64,000 nucleotides of DNA, taken from Nitrospirota bacterium (GTDB lineage: Bacteria; Nitrospirota; UBA9217). Numbering within the stretch: position 1 is the stretch's first letter; each line of letters starts with the position of its first letter. Location: positions 224,001 to 288,000 of the forward strand of contig CAWJQQ010000009.1 in the NCBI GenBank assembly GCA_963845065.1, given 5' to 3'. The translations under genes were made by a program, and so were the position numbers. Below the pieces are notes generated by a model. It worked only from the letters and a program-made list of their open reading frames with translations. It did no database searches and was not told the origin of the DNA. Positions 21,514 through 31,246 of the stretch are shown one piece after another.

Positions 21514-21799
21514 AATTGTCTACCTTCACTCAGGCTTTGTAATAATTCTCATCGAAACATTCTTGCTTCAAAAAAACGTAACTAATGAAGCTTCAGAATG
21601 AACAGTTGGCTAAAAACTTAACTGGTATATTGACTTTCTTGGCAATTTTGCCCCTCGGGAATGAGCGAAGGGCTTTAAGGCAGGTCTAAAGTTGAAGACA
21701 ACCCCCAGCTTGATACTAACATCACTTCAACACAAAACGCAACAGGTCATCACAATTCTAGATTTGCAACTGGGAGTTTATTGTCTTTCATTTAACCCC

Positions 21800-22717
21800 T
21801 TACCTTACTCCGAAAGAAAGTGAATGATTGAGGGCGCAGAGAGGCAGGAGTGTGATGTCCTCCGCTACTCCCGAGTGTTCCTGTACAACTCTTTTTACGT
21901 CGTCCCAACAGACTTCTGCGGCTACATTCAGCGAGTTAAGGCGGTCGGTGACATCCCCCAAGAGGTTCGGCATCACCCCATAGATATCGGGATCGACTTC
22001 GAGTAAAACCCTTCCTTCATCGGTAACCGCAGCCTTGACTGGCTCGTAAATGGTTTCTCCCGGCGTTCCCACATCGACTTCGTCATAGAGCTTTTTAATG
22101 TTCTCTGGCAGGACGCGAATACAGCCATGGCTCCAGAACCGGTAAACACTTCCAGGTGATATCGTTTCATGGATCGCGATTTCCGGAAAGGAAGTGTACA
22201 GGATGTAGGTACCAAGGGGATTATCCGGGCCTGACGGGACCTGGGTTAATACTGGCTTGCCCTCCAAGCGCATCTGATCCTGGATTGATTGCGGCACGTA
22301 CCATACCGGGTTTCTTGACTTCCTCGCAATGGTAAAACTGCCGATGGGTGTTTGCCACGTTGTAATACCTCGCCAATCAGACATGCCGAGGCCGACCGGA
22401 AAGGACAATTCAATGTTGCCATTTTTAAAGAAGTAGAGCATCTTGGCGGAGACATCAATGATAATGCCGTTATCCATCATCTTTGGTACGATTTTCTCGG
22501 TGTTAATAAGCAGCTCCTGTCCGGGAACCAGGCGTTGAACCTGTTTAAGATGGTTCAATTGTGCAATGACACGTGTTTCTACGCCGACCTTTGAGCTAAT
22601 CAGCGGAAGACTGTCTCCCTGTGTTACGCTGTAATGGATAGTGCCGCCATTGATGACGGCCGCGAAGGCTGCAACAGGAATTAGAATGCTAAGCAAAATA
22701 ATAATTATTCGGTTCAT
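21800..22717 (-). CDS. L,D-transpeptidase (LysM + YkuD)
   Basis: Signal peptide, LysM (Y.V..GDSL..I), GPDNPLG and AIH.T...SHGCIR catalytic motif. Confidence 0.92.
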   Translation of the reverse strand: MNRIIIILLSILIPVAAFAAVINGGTIHYSVTQGDSLPLISSKVGVETRVIAQLNHLKQVQRLVPGQELLINTEKIVPKMMDNGIIIDVSAKMLYFFKNGNIELSFPVGLGMSDWRGITTWQTPIGSFTIARKSRNPVWYVPQSIQDQMRLEGKPVLTQVPSGPDNPLGTYILYTSFPEIAIHETISPGSVYRFWSHGCIRVLPENIKKLYDEVDVGTPGETIYEPVKAAVTDEGRVLLEVDPDIYGVMPNLLGDVTDRLNSLNVAAEVCWDDVKRVVQEHSGVAEDITLLPLCALNHSLSFGVR

Positions 22718-22953
22718 AATCAGCTCACTTTGCGCGAAAAGTCGCGCTCAGGCATGATGCTGCCGAGATGACGATTCGTATTCCATCTCTATAAAGAGTA
22801 TACCGCAAACCTTGATGTTTGGATTAACCGGCTGAGAGCTGTCACGAGGATGGAGTCAGAACCAGCGTCGAACTCTAGACTGAACACTTCTTCGGCATGC
22901 AGTCATAAGAATCAGGAGATCCACGGGGAAAGGGACTGTTACTGAGCGGGTCT

Positions 22954-23493
22954 TTACCAGTATCGTACGCGACCGTTGTCTATGTGGACAAAATCAGGAT
23001 AGTGTCCTACGCCGCCCACACGAAAGGACTGGGCAAGTGTAAAAAGCTTACTGTTGTGAATATGGGGCAGATAAAAATCTATTGCACGTCCTTGTAGATG
23101 CATGCTGTTCTTTACAACACCATGGCCCTCCCTCCAAAGGTAGTCGTTATAGGCTGGAGAGCGGTATCCGGATATGATTTGGATCTCGGTATTTTTCTCT
23201 ATCCGGTCTTTTATGTCGCAGAGAAGGTCAAGAACTTCTACATCTATCGGCTTGATCTCATTAGTATAATGACATCGCATTAATTTGTTGATTCCGTCAA
23301 TTGCGTCCTTGTCATAAAGACCGCAGGAGCAGTATTTAACATGAAGTCTTTCACCTGTGTGGGTATTGTAAAGCTTAAGAATACGATCCTTTTGGTCAGA
23401 TGCCGGGATCTCAAATGCAGGGATCTCGCCAGCGTAACTGGAGAACATGAGGAGCAAAAGCATTTGGCTAATAAATGTTCTTCTTGAAGTCAT
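22954..23493 (-). CDS. mepK: YcbK/MepK (DUF882, peptidase M15) Tat-exported peptidase
   Basis: SRRTF Tat signal; IISGYRS, SMH..G.AID and FVHID.G..R.W motifs. Confidence 0.88.
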   Translation of the reverse strand: MTSRRTFISQMLLLLMFSSYAGEIPAFEIPASDQKDRILKLYNTHTGERLHVKYCSCGLYDKDAIDGINKLMRCHYTNEIKPIDVEVLDLLCDIKDRIEKNTEIQIISGYRSPAYNDYLWREGHGVVKNSMHLQGRAIDFYLPHIHNSKLFTLAQSFRVGGVGHYPDFVHIDNGRVRYW

Positions 23494-23919
23494 GGTATCC
23501 TTTTTTTGCTGATCATCCAGGGCCGTATCGAACTCTTCAAGAGTTCACGCGACCAAGCGATCATGCCTACCGCATAACAAGGGTCAGGCTTGCATTGGTG
23601 GAATTCACCAGAAAGGTCCTGATAACACGCTCATACTAATGTCGTATTGATCTCGGATCAGGCTGATGGAAAAACTTGGTCGGATTATACACTCCTCATG
23701 AAAAAATGGAAGGATTATTTTGATAGGAGCAGCTCCTAATTCTATTACAAACCGAGCAAAACCAATGCGAATAAGCAGGAGGTAGGCCGCACCGCTTGCT
23801 TTAAGAGTGATTCTAAACGTCAACTAAAAAAAAAGTGCGATGATTTCTCATCGCCTATGATATTTTCCCGAAGCATTGCCAAGAAGTTTATTTCATGCCT
23901 GACGCTCAGTACGTTACAT

Positions 23920-24237
23920 TTACGACTTCACCGAAACCTCCTGCGTCTCGCCGGCCGTCGCGGACGTGGACACCACCAAGCCAGCCATCGTCCCGAGAAG
24001 CCCCCCGCCTACGAGGCAGACTGCAGCTGCGCAGGATATCCCGATCACGATCCCCATCACCACCGCCGCCCTGACAAAGAGCGTGGGCTCCACTGCGCCG
24101 CCCATCAGCCTCTGGATCATGATAAGCGTCCCGTAGCTTCCGAAATAGAATCCCGGCATGATCCCGAACACCAGGAATATTAGCCCGCCAACCGCTGAGC
24201 CAATCTTCATGCCCGTTTTTACCGATTCGTTCTTCAT
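23920..24237 (-). CDS. small glycine-rich membrane protein B (copy 2)
   Basis: 105-aa paralog of 1099-1449 with a divergent C-terminal tail. Confidence 0.85.
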   Translation of the reverse strand: MKNESVKTGMKIGSAVGGLIFLVFGIMPGFYFGSYGTLIMIQRLMGGAVEPTLFVRAAVVMGIVIGISCAAAVCLVGGGLLGTMAGLVVSTSATAGETQEVSVKS

Positions 24238-24286
24238 GATTTTTTCTCCTAATAGTACAATTTTTTTTATAATTTTAGCTATTTTG

Positions 24287-24601
24287 TTATTTGGTGCCGG
24301 CCATCGATGTCTTTTCCGATGCGTGCCCGCCCTCGAGCACTCTGCCGAAGAGCCAGCCCATGGTGGATGTGGCAGTTACGAACGTGATTCCGGACACCAT
24401 GACGCCCACCAGCATGGACGCGAGCACGATTGCGCGTGATATGATTCCCGGGTCCAGCGGAAGCCCGAAGAACATTCCGGCTAATTTTATTCCGGCTGCG
24501 CCGCCCAGAAGGCTGCCGGGAAGAAGACCGAAGATCGCGAAGAGAACGATTCCTGCGCCTGCGCCGATGTATGCTGTTTTTTTTGAAATTTTGGTATTCA
24601 T
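24287..24601 (-). CDS. small glycine-rich membrane protein A (copy 2)
   Basis: 104-aa paralog of 733-1047. Confidence 0.85.
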   Translation of the reverse strand: MNTKISKKTAYIGAGAGIVLFAIFGLLPGSLLGGAAGIKLAGMFFGLPLDPGIISRAIVLASMLVGVMVSGITFVTATSTMGWLFGRVLEGGHASEKTSMAGTK

Positions 24602-24638
24602 TTTATTGTCCCCCTTTTGTCAGTCTTGCATTGTATAT

Positions 24639-24654
24639 TGCAGATAGCATGCCA
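24639..24654 (-). promoter_or_regulatory. sigma54 promoter (copy 2)
   Basis: Minus strand TGGCATGCTATCTGCA. Confidence 0.8.
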
Positions 24655-24967
24655 AAAGATAACTGATTGTTTTTGCGAGGACATGGCGATGCGAGCTTTT
24701 GCAAAGATGAGAAATAGAGCAATTGCGTTGTTAATCATGCAAACGAATCTGACTTTTCCTGAACGTATATTTGTTTTTTCTGATATCTCATGCAGAAAGA
24801 CGCGACACATTCAGCACGTGATTCAACGCGAGGTCTCCGTCAGCGTCTGGTAACAGTTTCCGTGTTGGGTACTATTATCTTGCCCGGCTTCAGCGACTTC
24901 CTGACGTGCACAATGAACTTGCTATCCTTGAAAATGAGAAATATTCATTGAACAAGGAGGATCAACT

Positions 24968-25391
24968 ATAAAATTGAATACTTTGATTAAATTACCGGCG
25001 CTGGCAAAAATTATCGTCGCAATTGTTCGATCGGGGGACTGCGTTAGCCGAACATCATGCAGTCAAAGTCGTACACAAAGAAGGGCTCGGCAGCTACCTC
25101 ACCGACATCAAAGGAATGACGCTCTACAATTTTAGAAAAGACTCACCGGGAAAGAGCGCCTGCGAAGGGCCTTGTGTTGGCAACTGACCGTTATTCTATC
25201 GAAAGAAAGTTGATGTTAAGGGTCCGTCAGTCGGAGATTTCGGGATGGTTGTCCGGGCAGACGGCGGCAAAAGGCAGACGACCTATAAGGGCATGCCGCT
25301 TTATTTTTTCTGTAAGGACGTAAAGCCTGGTGATACAGCCGGCCAAGGATTTAAAGACATTTGGTCTGTCGTAAAACCTTATGATGTGTAG
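24968..25391 (+). pseudogene. COG4315 / secreted Lipoprotein_15-repeat protein pseudogene
   Basis: Manual translation YLTDIKGMTLYNF.KDSPGKSACEGPCVGN*PLF...QTTYKGMPLYFF.KD.KPGD..GQG...W.VVKP. TGA replaces the conserved Trp, and ATA stands in place of a start codon after AAGGAGG. Confidence 0.8.
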
Positions 25392-25507
25392 GACGGAGAA
25401 AACCCCAGTTTATTAAAACTGGGGATGAAGGCTGCCTGGAGCGAAGCGGATGCTGAATCGCCTTTGCTAGACCGGAAAACACGGGCTTTAGCACGTGTGT
25501 AATTCAT
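25383..25507 (+). mobile_element. non-autonomous IS200/IS605 miniature element (PATE-like), 125 bp
   Basis: TTAT | ...AAAA-CCCCAGTTT..AAACTGGGG-ATGAA LE hairpin ... GAAA-ACACGGGCTTTAGCACGTGTGT..TCAT RE. No ORF. Confidence 0.7.
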
Positions 25508-26424
25508 TTCATCGACTTCACTGTTTCCCGAATCCCTTGAGTGTATGATGTTGTCTTGAAGTTGAATGCCTTCTCGAATTTACTACTGTCAAATAAATAG
25601 TCCGAATCATTCTGATAAAGCATCTCCACGCTTTCTCGGACAATCCCATTAAAAAGTCCAACTAGTTGAACCATCCAGCGAGGGAGAACCATATACCGGG
25701 GTGTAAGCTCAAACTCTATAGCAGTTTTTTCGATAAATTCCTTCCCTGTTAAAACATTCCTGTCGGTTGGCAAATGCCATACCTGATTATAGGCGCTCTC
25801 GGTATTACCCAAGATGGCGGTTGCTTTGCCAGCATCAGGAGTATAAGTCAGGGAATGTTTCACATTATCATTCACTAGCCACTGCGCCCTCTTCCCCTTT
25901 TTAAAATTGTCAAAAACCATGACATTTACAAAGCTGAGTGGCGTATTGGGTCCATAGAAATCTGCTGATCGCGCAATTATGGCGTTCAAATTCCCTCTGT
26001 CTACTTCGTCCAGTATCATAGAGGCAATCTTTTTTCTGACTTCACCCTTATTACTTGATGGCTTCATAGGGGTATCTTCTGTCATCCATCCATTAACACG
26101 TCCATAAGAATAGACATTATCGAAGAAAACCAGCTTGGCATTGTGACTCCTGCATGAATCAATGACATTTTTCATGATAATGGGCCATTGGCTTTGCCAA
26201 GTTTTGACATTATATGGGAGTCCTGCCGTAAGGTAAACAATTTCAGAACCCTGAACAGCTTTCATGGTTTGCTCGGCATTCAGCAGGTCCGCCGAAAATA
26301 ATCCATCGGTCAGGTTCACCTTCTTGGGATTACGACCCACCAGCCTAACTTTATCCGTGAATTCGGGAAGACTCTTTGCCAATTCTTTCCCGATAACACC
26401 GCCTGCCCCTAAGATGGTTTGCAT
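25504..26424 (-). CDS. NAD-dependent epimerase/dehydratase family protein
   Basis: ILGAGGVIG Rossmann motif, DNVYSYG and ARSADFYGP. Confidence 0.9.
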   Translation of the reverse strand: MQTILGAGGVIGKELAKSLPEFTDKVRLVGRNPKKVNLTDGLFSADLLNAEQTMKAVQGSEIVYLTAGLPYNVKTWQSQWPIIMKNVIDSCRSHNAKLVFFDNVYSYGRVNGWMTEDTPMKPSSNKGEVRKKIASMILDEVDRGNLNAIIARSADFYGPNTPLSFVNVMVFDNFKKGKRAQWLVNDNVKHSLTYTPDAGKATAILGNTESAYNQVWHLPTDRNVLTGKEFIEKTAIEFELTPRYMVLPRWMVQLVGLFNGIVRESVEMLYQNDSDYLFDSSKFEKAFNFKTTSYTQGIRETVKSMK

Positions 26425-26464
26425 GGTGTCCCTCACTCGCGATGATATTAGCACAAATCAAATG

Positions 26465-27208
26465 TCAGTACAGCTTTTGACACGTAACTCCTACTTTCTC
26501 AAATCCCGCCCTTAATTCCTCACCCCTTTGGTTGAAAAACTCATCATCCATAGCCCATTGCATACCATGCTTTTTGAAAACCCAATCTGCGTAGTGATAA
26601 TTTAGTCTGTCAATCAGAACATTGTCAACCTTGTCTTTAAGCATATCAACAAGTCCCTCTGCACTAGGAAGCAAAGGGGCTATCATGACAAAGGTTCTTA
26701 TCCAGGCTGAATGCAGAATAGCCAATGCCTCAACTCTTTTGGCAATCGGCGGCGCACCTGGCTCAAATATTTTCCTCATCTTCTCATCCGCTGTGGTGAT
26801 GGTGAACCCAACCTCGCAATCTGTAGCTATTTTCAATAGCTCGATATCCCTCAAAACCAGCGGGGATTTAGTTTGAATCGTAAATGACCATTCATTTGCC
26901 ACGAGGATTTCAAGGCACCTTCGGGTGAGCTGGTATTTCTTTTCCAAAGGTTGATAAGCATCACACACCCCGCTTATCCAGACTCTGCCTTTTTTCCTTT
27001 TCTTCACTTCCTTGGCTAAAAGTTCAGGCGCATTTATCTTTACATCGACAAAATCTCCCCACGGCTCACGGTGTCCCGTGAATCTCTTCATGAACTTGGC
27101 ATAGCAGTAGACGCAGTTGTGCTGACATCCCACATAGGCATTCAAGGCATAATCATAAATCTGAGATTTTGACAGTATGTTTTTTGCTTCTATCACTTGG
27201 ACAATCAT
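26465..27208 (-). CDS. radical SAM protein (SplB/Rv2578c-like)
   Basis: N.Y.GCQHNCVYCYA CxxxCxxC, VKIN, D.YQP.E and TKS.LV.RD. Confidence 0.9.
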   Translation of the reverse strand: MIVQVIEAKNILSKSQIYDYALNAYVGCQHNCVYCYAKFMKRFTGHREPWGDFVDVKINAPELLAKEVKKRKKGRVWISGVCDAYQPLEKKYQLTRRCLEILVANEWSFTIQTKSPLVLRDIELLKIATDCEVGFTITTADEKMRKIFEPGAPPIAKRVEALAILHSAWIRTFVMIAPLLPSAEGLVDMLKDKVDNVLIDRLNYHYADWVFKKHGMQWAMDDEFFNQRGEELRAGFEKVGVTCQKLY

Positions 27209-27409
27209 ATCTCAATATAATTTTGTGGCACATTAAAGAAATTTATTATATTATGGAGGAAAAAAGAAGAGCAGGTGAAACATGCTCTGTGACTAAACCT
27301 TTTTCCAGTACTTGTGACTAATTGGTATCTAGACGCCATAAAAATATGATAGCATAAGCATTCGTAATCAATTCAAGTAAATAAGTTAATATAATAAGGA
27401 GTGAAATAG

Positions 27410-27676
27410 ATGAAATTTACCGTGCCGGATGAAATATTAAAAAAGACTACCAAATGTAGTTACGATTTTTCCTGCCTCACCACGGGGAAATGTGGAAATC
27501 TTATCATGTGCAAGGTCGATAGGCGTTTCGATAAAAATATGCTCTATATAAAAGCATCGAAGGATACAAATGGTGTTTCATGTCCCTATAAATATACTTG
27601 CGGTACAAAGCAGGGATACATTTGCACCTGCCCCACTCACTATGCTATCTATAAGCAGGAATGCGCAAAGGTGTAA
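27410..27676 (+). CDS. small Cys-rich hypothetical protein
   Basis: 88 aa, 9 Cys, AAGGAG RBS. Confidence 0.7.
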   Translation: MKFTVPDEILKKTTKCSYDFSCLTTGKCGNLIMCKVDRRFDKNMLYIKASKDTNGVSCPYKYTCGTKQGYICTCPTHYAIYKQECAKV

Positions 27677-28042
27677 TGACTACTACAATGATTTTGGCAG
27701 TATCAATCAATTCATGACCAGGTAACTCAATGCCGTTTCCCGCTTCCGATTAATAACCCGTTTGACTGCCAATTATAATGTCTTCCTATTGCCGACAAAA
27801 AAAAGTACAAATTCTTGACTTATAAGTCTCGGATATAGAAGATTCCTGAATCCTCAGCGAGCGATTTCACTATCAATATTGCTCAAATCCCATATTGTCC
27901 CCTGTCTTGCAAGGAATGGCAACCTCAACAGCATCAGGGAGTATCATTCAACCTGTGATACCTTCTAGGACAAGGTTGCAACCCTACTTTCACAGCCGCA
28001 GGCCATCCGTCGATATCCATCTTGCTTAAACTTCGGTCTTTG

Positions 28043-28429
28043 TCACTTGCCCCGCTCCAATGCATCGAGGAATTCCCTGACAGGTGTTGAATCGTATTTC
28101 CGCATCAACGTGCCTATATACTGCATCTGCCGGCTAAGAGGGTTGTGTTTTTTTATGGCCTTTGCTGCTTTCACGGCAGTCAGGACGTCTTCGGGCAGAT
28201 CGATCCGATTGAGCTGCTCGCCCGACAACGTCACAAGTTGTTCACCCAGGTCCTGCAATGACAGAGCTGCTTTTTTCCTCTGCGTTTTGCTCAAACGCAC
28301 CGCTTGCTCCCCCGGGTCCTGCCCGGGCTGCACAGCTTTCTTCTTATCTCTTTTGCGTATCAGGCCCAAACCGTAATCCTCCCAAATTAACTTTGTCTTC
28401 GAATAACTAAAACTCTGTTGCCATCGCAT
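28043..28429 (-). CDS. yjgA: DarP/YjgA ribosome-associated protein, apparently C-terminally shortened
   Basis: SKTQRK....LQDLGEQLV.L and RQMQYIG.LMR motifs. Start uncertain; the usual C-terminal half is absent. Confidence 0.7.
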   Translation of the reverse strand: MRWQQSFSYSKTKLIWEDYGLGLIRKRDKKKAVQPGQDPGEQAVRLSKTQRKKAALSLQDLGEQLVTLSGEQLNRIDLPEDVLTAVKAAKAIKKHNPLSRQMQYIGTLMRKYDSTPVREFLDALERGK

Positions 28430-28645
28430 CTGTTACCTCTGGTTATTTGCATAGACCATTTTACTCTGTTACCGCGGTTTTTAGAATGTAAATTCATAAT
28501 AACGGCTTTTTTAGTCGCTTTTAACTTCATCTGCTACCTGTATCAAATACTACATGAGCTATAGCAAGTGCTTCACAACAATTACCATGTTTAACTTTTT
28601 AGCCTCTAACAGTCTGATTTATCATAGTAAGTTTTTCTCATGTGA

Positions 28646-28661
28646 TGGCCTGAAAATTGCT
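28646..28661 (+). promoter_or_regulatory. sigma54 promoter of the efflux operon
   Basis: TGGCCTGAAAATTGCT, 25 nt before ATG 28686. Confidence 0.75.
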
Positions 28662-28685
28662 GATAGTAAGAGCCGGAGGTTAGCA

Positions 28686-29939
28686 ATGCGGATTAATCTG
28701 GTCATTTTCATAATGGTAGTACTCTTCGTTCCTTCAGTTTCACTTGCCGATGATTCCATCGTAACGCTGAAAGACCTGGAGCAGGAGGCACTTAACAATA
28801 ATCCTGAAATCCTCATGATAAAAAAGAGGGTAGAATCCGCTGAAGATAAGAAGTCCCTGGCTTCGGCGCTGCCGGACCCTAAAATCGGTTACATGGTGCA
28901 GAATGTAGGATCTCCGGGACCGTGGACCGTCGGTGTGCAAGATATGAGCATGCAGGGCATGGTCTTTACGCAAGAGATCCCGTTTCCCGGCAAGTTGGGG
29001 ACAAAGGGCCGCATTGCGGGTAAAGAAGAGGAGCAGGTAGAAGAAGGAGCCCGAGAAATAAAGCTTAAAGTGTTGAACAACCTCAGGTCAGCGTACTATG
29101 AATATTTCCTTGCCTTTAAATCCACGGAGATTCTGGACCGGACCAAGGAGCTCTTGAAAGACTTTCAGCGAATTGCCGAGACACGTTATGCGACTGGCCA
29201 GGGAATACAGCAGGATGTTATTCGCGCACAGCTTGAAGTTTCTGCGATCATGGACAGGCTTGCGGAAGAGGAACAAAAAAAAGAAACAGAGGCGTCGGTC
29301 ATTAACAGCCTCGTAGGACGTAATCCGCTGGCGCCCCTCGGCAGGCCAGATGAACTTCCTATGAAGACGCCTGCCGTTACCGTCGACGAAATGGCCGCTA
29401 TGGCGATGGAGCATTCCCCGATGCTGCAAGGGAAACAACAGATGGTGGAGCAAAGCAGGGAAGAGCTTTCCCTGAGCCGCAGGGAATATCTACCTGACAT
29501 GGTTGTTTCCGGCGGGTGGTTTTTCCGGGGCAGCGAAAAACCTGACGTATGGCAGGCGACTGTCATGTTCAAAATACCACTCTATTTTTGGAATACTGCA
29601 ACGGGAGTGAATGCTGCTTCTGCTGACCTCAGCGCCGCGAGCTATGAGTACGACGCCGAGAGGCTTGCGACGTTGGCCCAAGTGCGCGGCCTCTATTCCC
29701 AGGTGAAAACGGCGGAGCACCACATCCAACTCTACGAAGCGGGGATCATTCCGGAGGCGAAGCTGTCGCTAGAGTCTGCTACATCGAATTATCAAGTAGG
29801 GAAAACCGATTTTATGTCTCTGCTCGAAAGCGAGAACATACTCTTGAAATACCAACTCATGGAGCAGGAAGAGCTTGTGAACCTGAATAAGACCATGTCC
29901 ATGCTCGGCGAGATAACGGGAGAAGAGCATGAAAATTAA
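28686..29939 (+). CDS. TolC-family outer membrane efflux protein (CusC-like)
   Basis: Signal peptide; LPDP, Q.IPFPGK and YQVGK.DF..LL OEP motifs; GGAGG RBS. Confidence 0.9.
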   Translation: MRINLVIFIMVVLFVPSVSLADDSIVTLKDLEQEALNNNPEILMIKKRVESAEDKKSLASALPDPKIGYMVQNVGSPGPWTVGVQDMSMQGMVFTQEIPFPGKLGTKGRIAGKEEEQVEEGAREIKLKVLNNLRSAYYEYFLAFKSTEILDRTKELLKDFQRIAETRYATGQGIQQDVIRAQLEVSAIMDRLAEEEQKKETEASVINSLVGRNPLAPLGRPDELPMKTPAVTVDEMAAMAMEHSPMLQGKQQMVEQSREELSLSRREYLPDMVVSGGWFFRGSEKPDVWQATVMFKIPLYFWNTATGVNAASADLSAASYEYDAERLATLAQVRGLYSQVKTAEHHIQLYEAGIIPEAKLSLESATSNYQVGKTDFMSLLESENILLKYQLMEQEELVNLNKTMSMLGEITGEEHEN

Positions 29940-31140
29940 GTATTGCGGAATATTTCTTAACCGACACGGCGGCCATGCATACAGCCGACCGGGGAAAAGA
30001 TCATCTATTCTTGCCGTATTTGGCGCCGCATGCGCTTTGGTTTTTATGAGCCTTGCAGTATCGGCCCAGGAGCACGCTGGCCATACCGGACAGGCGTCAG
30101 GTGGCATGGAGCAGAGTGCCGAAAGTGTGAAGCAGGCCAACCCTCCCGCTATCACGATCAGTCCGGATAAGGTCCAGCTTATCGGCGTGCGCACGTCTGT
30201 TGCTGACTACCGATCTCTGGATAAACAGATCCGCACAGTGGGTAAGATTGAGCCTGACGAGACACGTCTCGCCTTCGTAAACACCAAGATCTCTGGCTGG
30301 GTGAAGAAGCTCTACGTAGACTACACTGGCAAGGAGGTCGTGAAAGGCCAACCATTGCTGTCGCTTTACAGTCCTGACCTCGTTACAGCACAGGAAGAAT
30401 ACCTCATCGCGCTCCGGTCCGCCAGTTACGGCCAACATGGGACGGGTGACATGCAGGAGGTGGAAGCCTCCCGCAACGAACTTCTTGAATCTGCCAAGCG
30501 ACGGCTACTGCTTTGGGACATTACAGAAGCGCAGATTGCTGAACTTGGAAAAACCGGAAAACCCCAGACCGAGATGACCATCGAAGCGCCGCTCAACGGG
30601 ATCGTACTCGAAAAGATGGTGCTCGAAGGAGGTTATATTACGCCAGGAATGAACCTATATAAAATAGCCGACCTTTCGACGATCTGGATCATGGCTGATA
30701 TTTATGAATATGAAGTTCCCCTGGTGAAAGTAGGCCAGACAGCACTCGTGACCTTACCGTATTATTCAGGACGGAGCTATCGTGCAACCGTAAATTATAT
30801 CTATCCATCCTTGGACCCTGTGAGCCGGACGGTACAGGTGCGGCTATCCATGAAAAATCCCGGTCTCATGTTGAAACCCGAGATGTTTGCGAATGTCGAG
30901 ATCATGGTCTCCTCGGGTTCAAAACTGGCGATCCCGCGAGAGGCAGTTATTGATTCGGGTATGCGACAGATCGTGTACGTCGAGAAAAAACCCGGCTTGT
31001 ATGAGATGCGCAACGTGACCCTTGGGCAGCGCGGCGAGGATTATGTAGAGATCCTCAAAGGTATTAAAAGAGGGGAGCGCGTCGTCACTTCTGGCAATTT
31101 CCTGATCGATTCGGAGAGCCAGTTGAGGTCCGGGCAATAA
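29929..31140 (+). CDS. cusB: CusB-like periplasmic adaptor (membrane fusion protein)
   Basis: GWV.KLY, YSPDL..AQEEY, LKPEMF and G.FLIDSES motifs. Confidence 0.9.
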   Translation: MKIKYCGIFLNRHGGHAYSRPGKRSSILAVFGAACALVFMSLAVSAQEHAGHTGQASGGMEQSAESVKQANPPAITISPDKVQLIGVRTSVADYRSLDKQIRTVGKIEPDETRLAFVNTKISGWVKKLYVDYTGKEVVKGQPLLSLYSPDLVTAQEEYLIALRSASYGQHGTGDMQEVEASRNELLESAKRRLLLWDITEAQIAELGKTGKPQTEMTIEAPLNGIVLEKMVLEGGYITPGMNLYKIADLSTIWIMADIYEYEVPLVKVGQTALVTLPYYSGRSYRATVNYIYPSLDPVSRTVQVRLSMKNPGLMLKPEMFANVEIMVSSGSKLAIPREAVIDSGMRQIVYVEKKPGLYEMRNVTLGQRGEDYVEILKGIKRGERVVTSGNFLIDSESQLRSGQ

Positions 31141-31246
31141 TATTTTTTTTGATTGGTGATTGCCGAATAGGTTGGGGAAACAATAAAAGACAACGAACTA
31201 CATACAAGATGTAATCGGCTAGCGGAAATCGATATTAAGGCAATTT

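Larger units (their letters stand above)
23835..24781 (-). repeat. ~950-bp segmental duplication, copy 2 (inverted)
   Basis: Reverse complement matches 551-1502. Confidence 0.9.

Noticed and set aside
25184..25187. TGA-to-Trp recoding suggested by TGA at a conserved Trp
   Set aside because: The same gene has a broken start region, another relic has TAG at a Trp position, and many intact genes end in TGA. This is ordinary pseudogenisation.
26465..27676. RiPP cluster of radical SAM + Cys-rich peptide
   Set aside because: The radical SAM is a short SplB-like protein without SPASM or RRE domains, and the genes are divergent.
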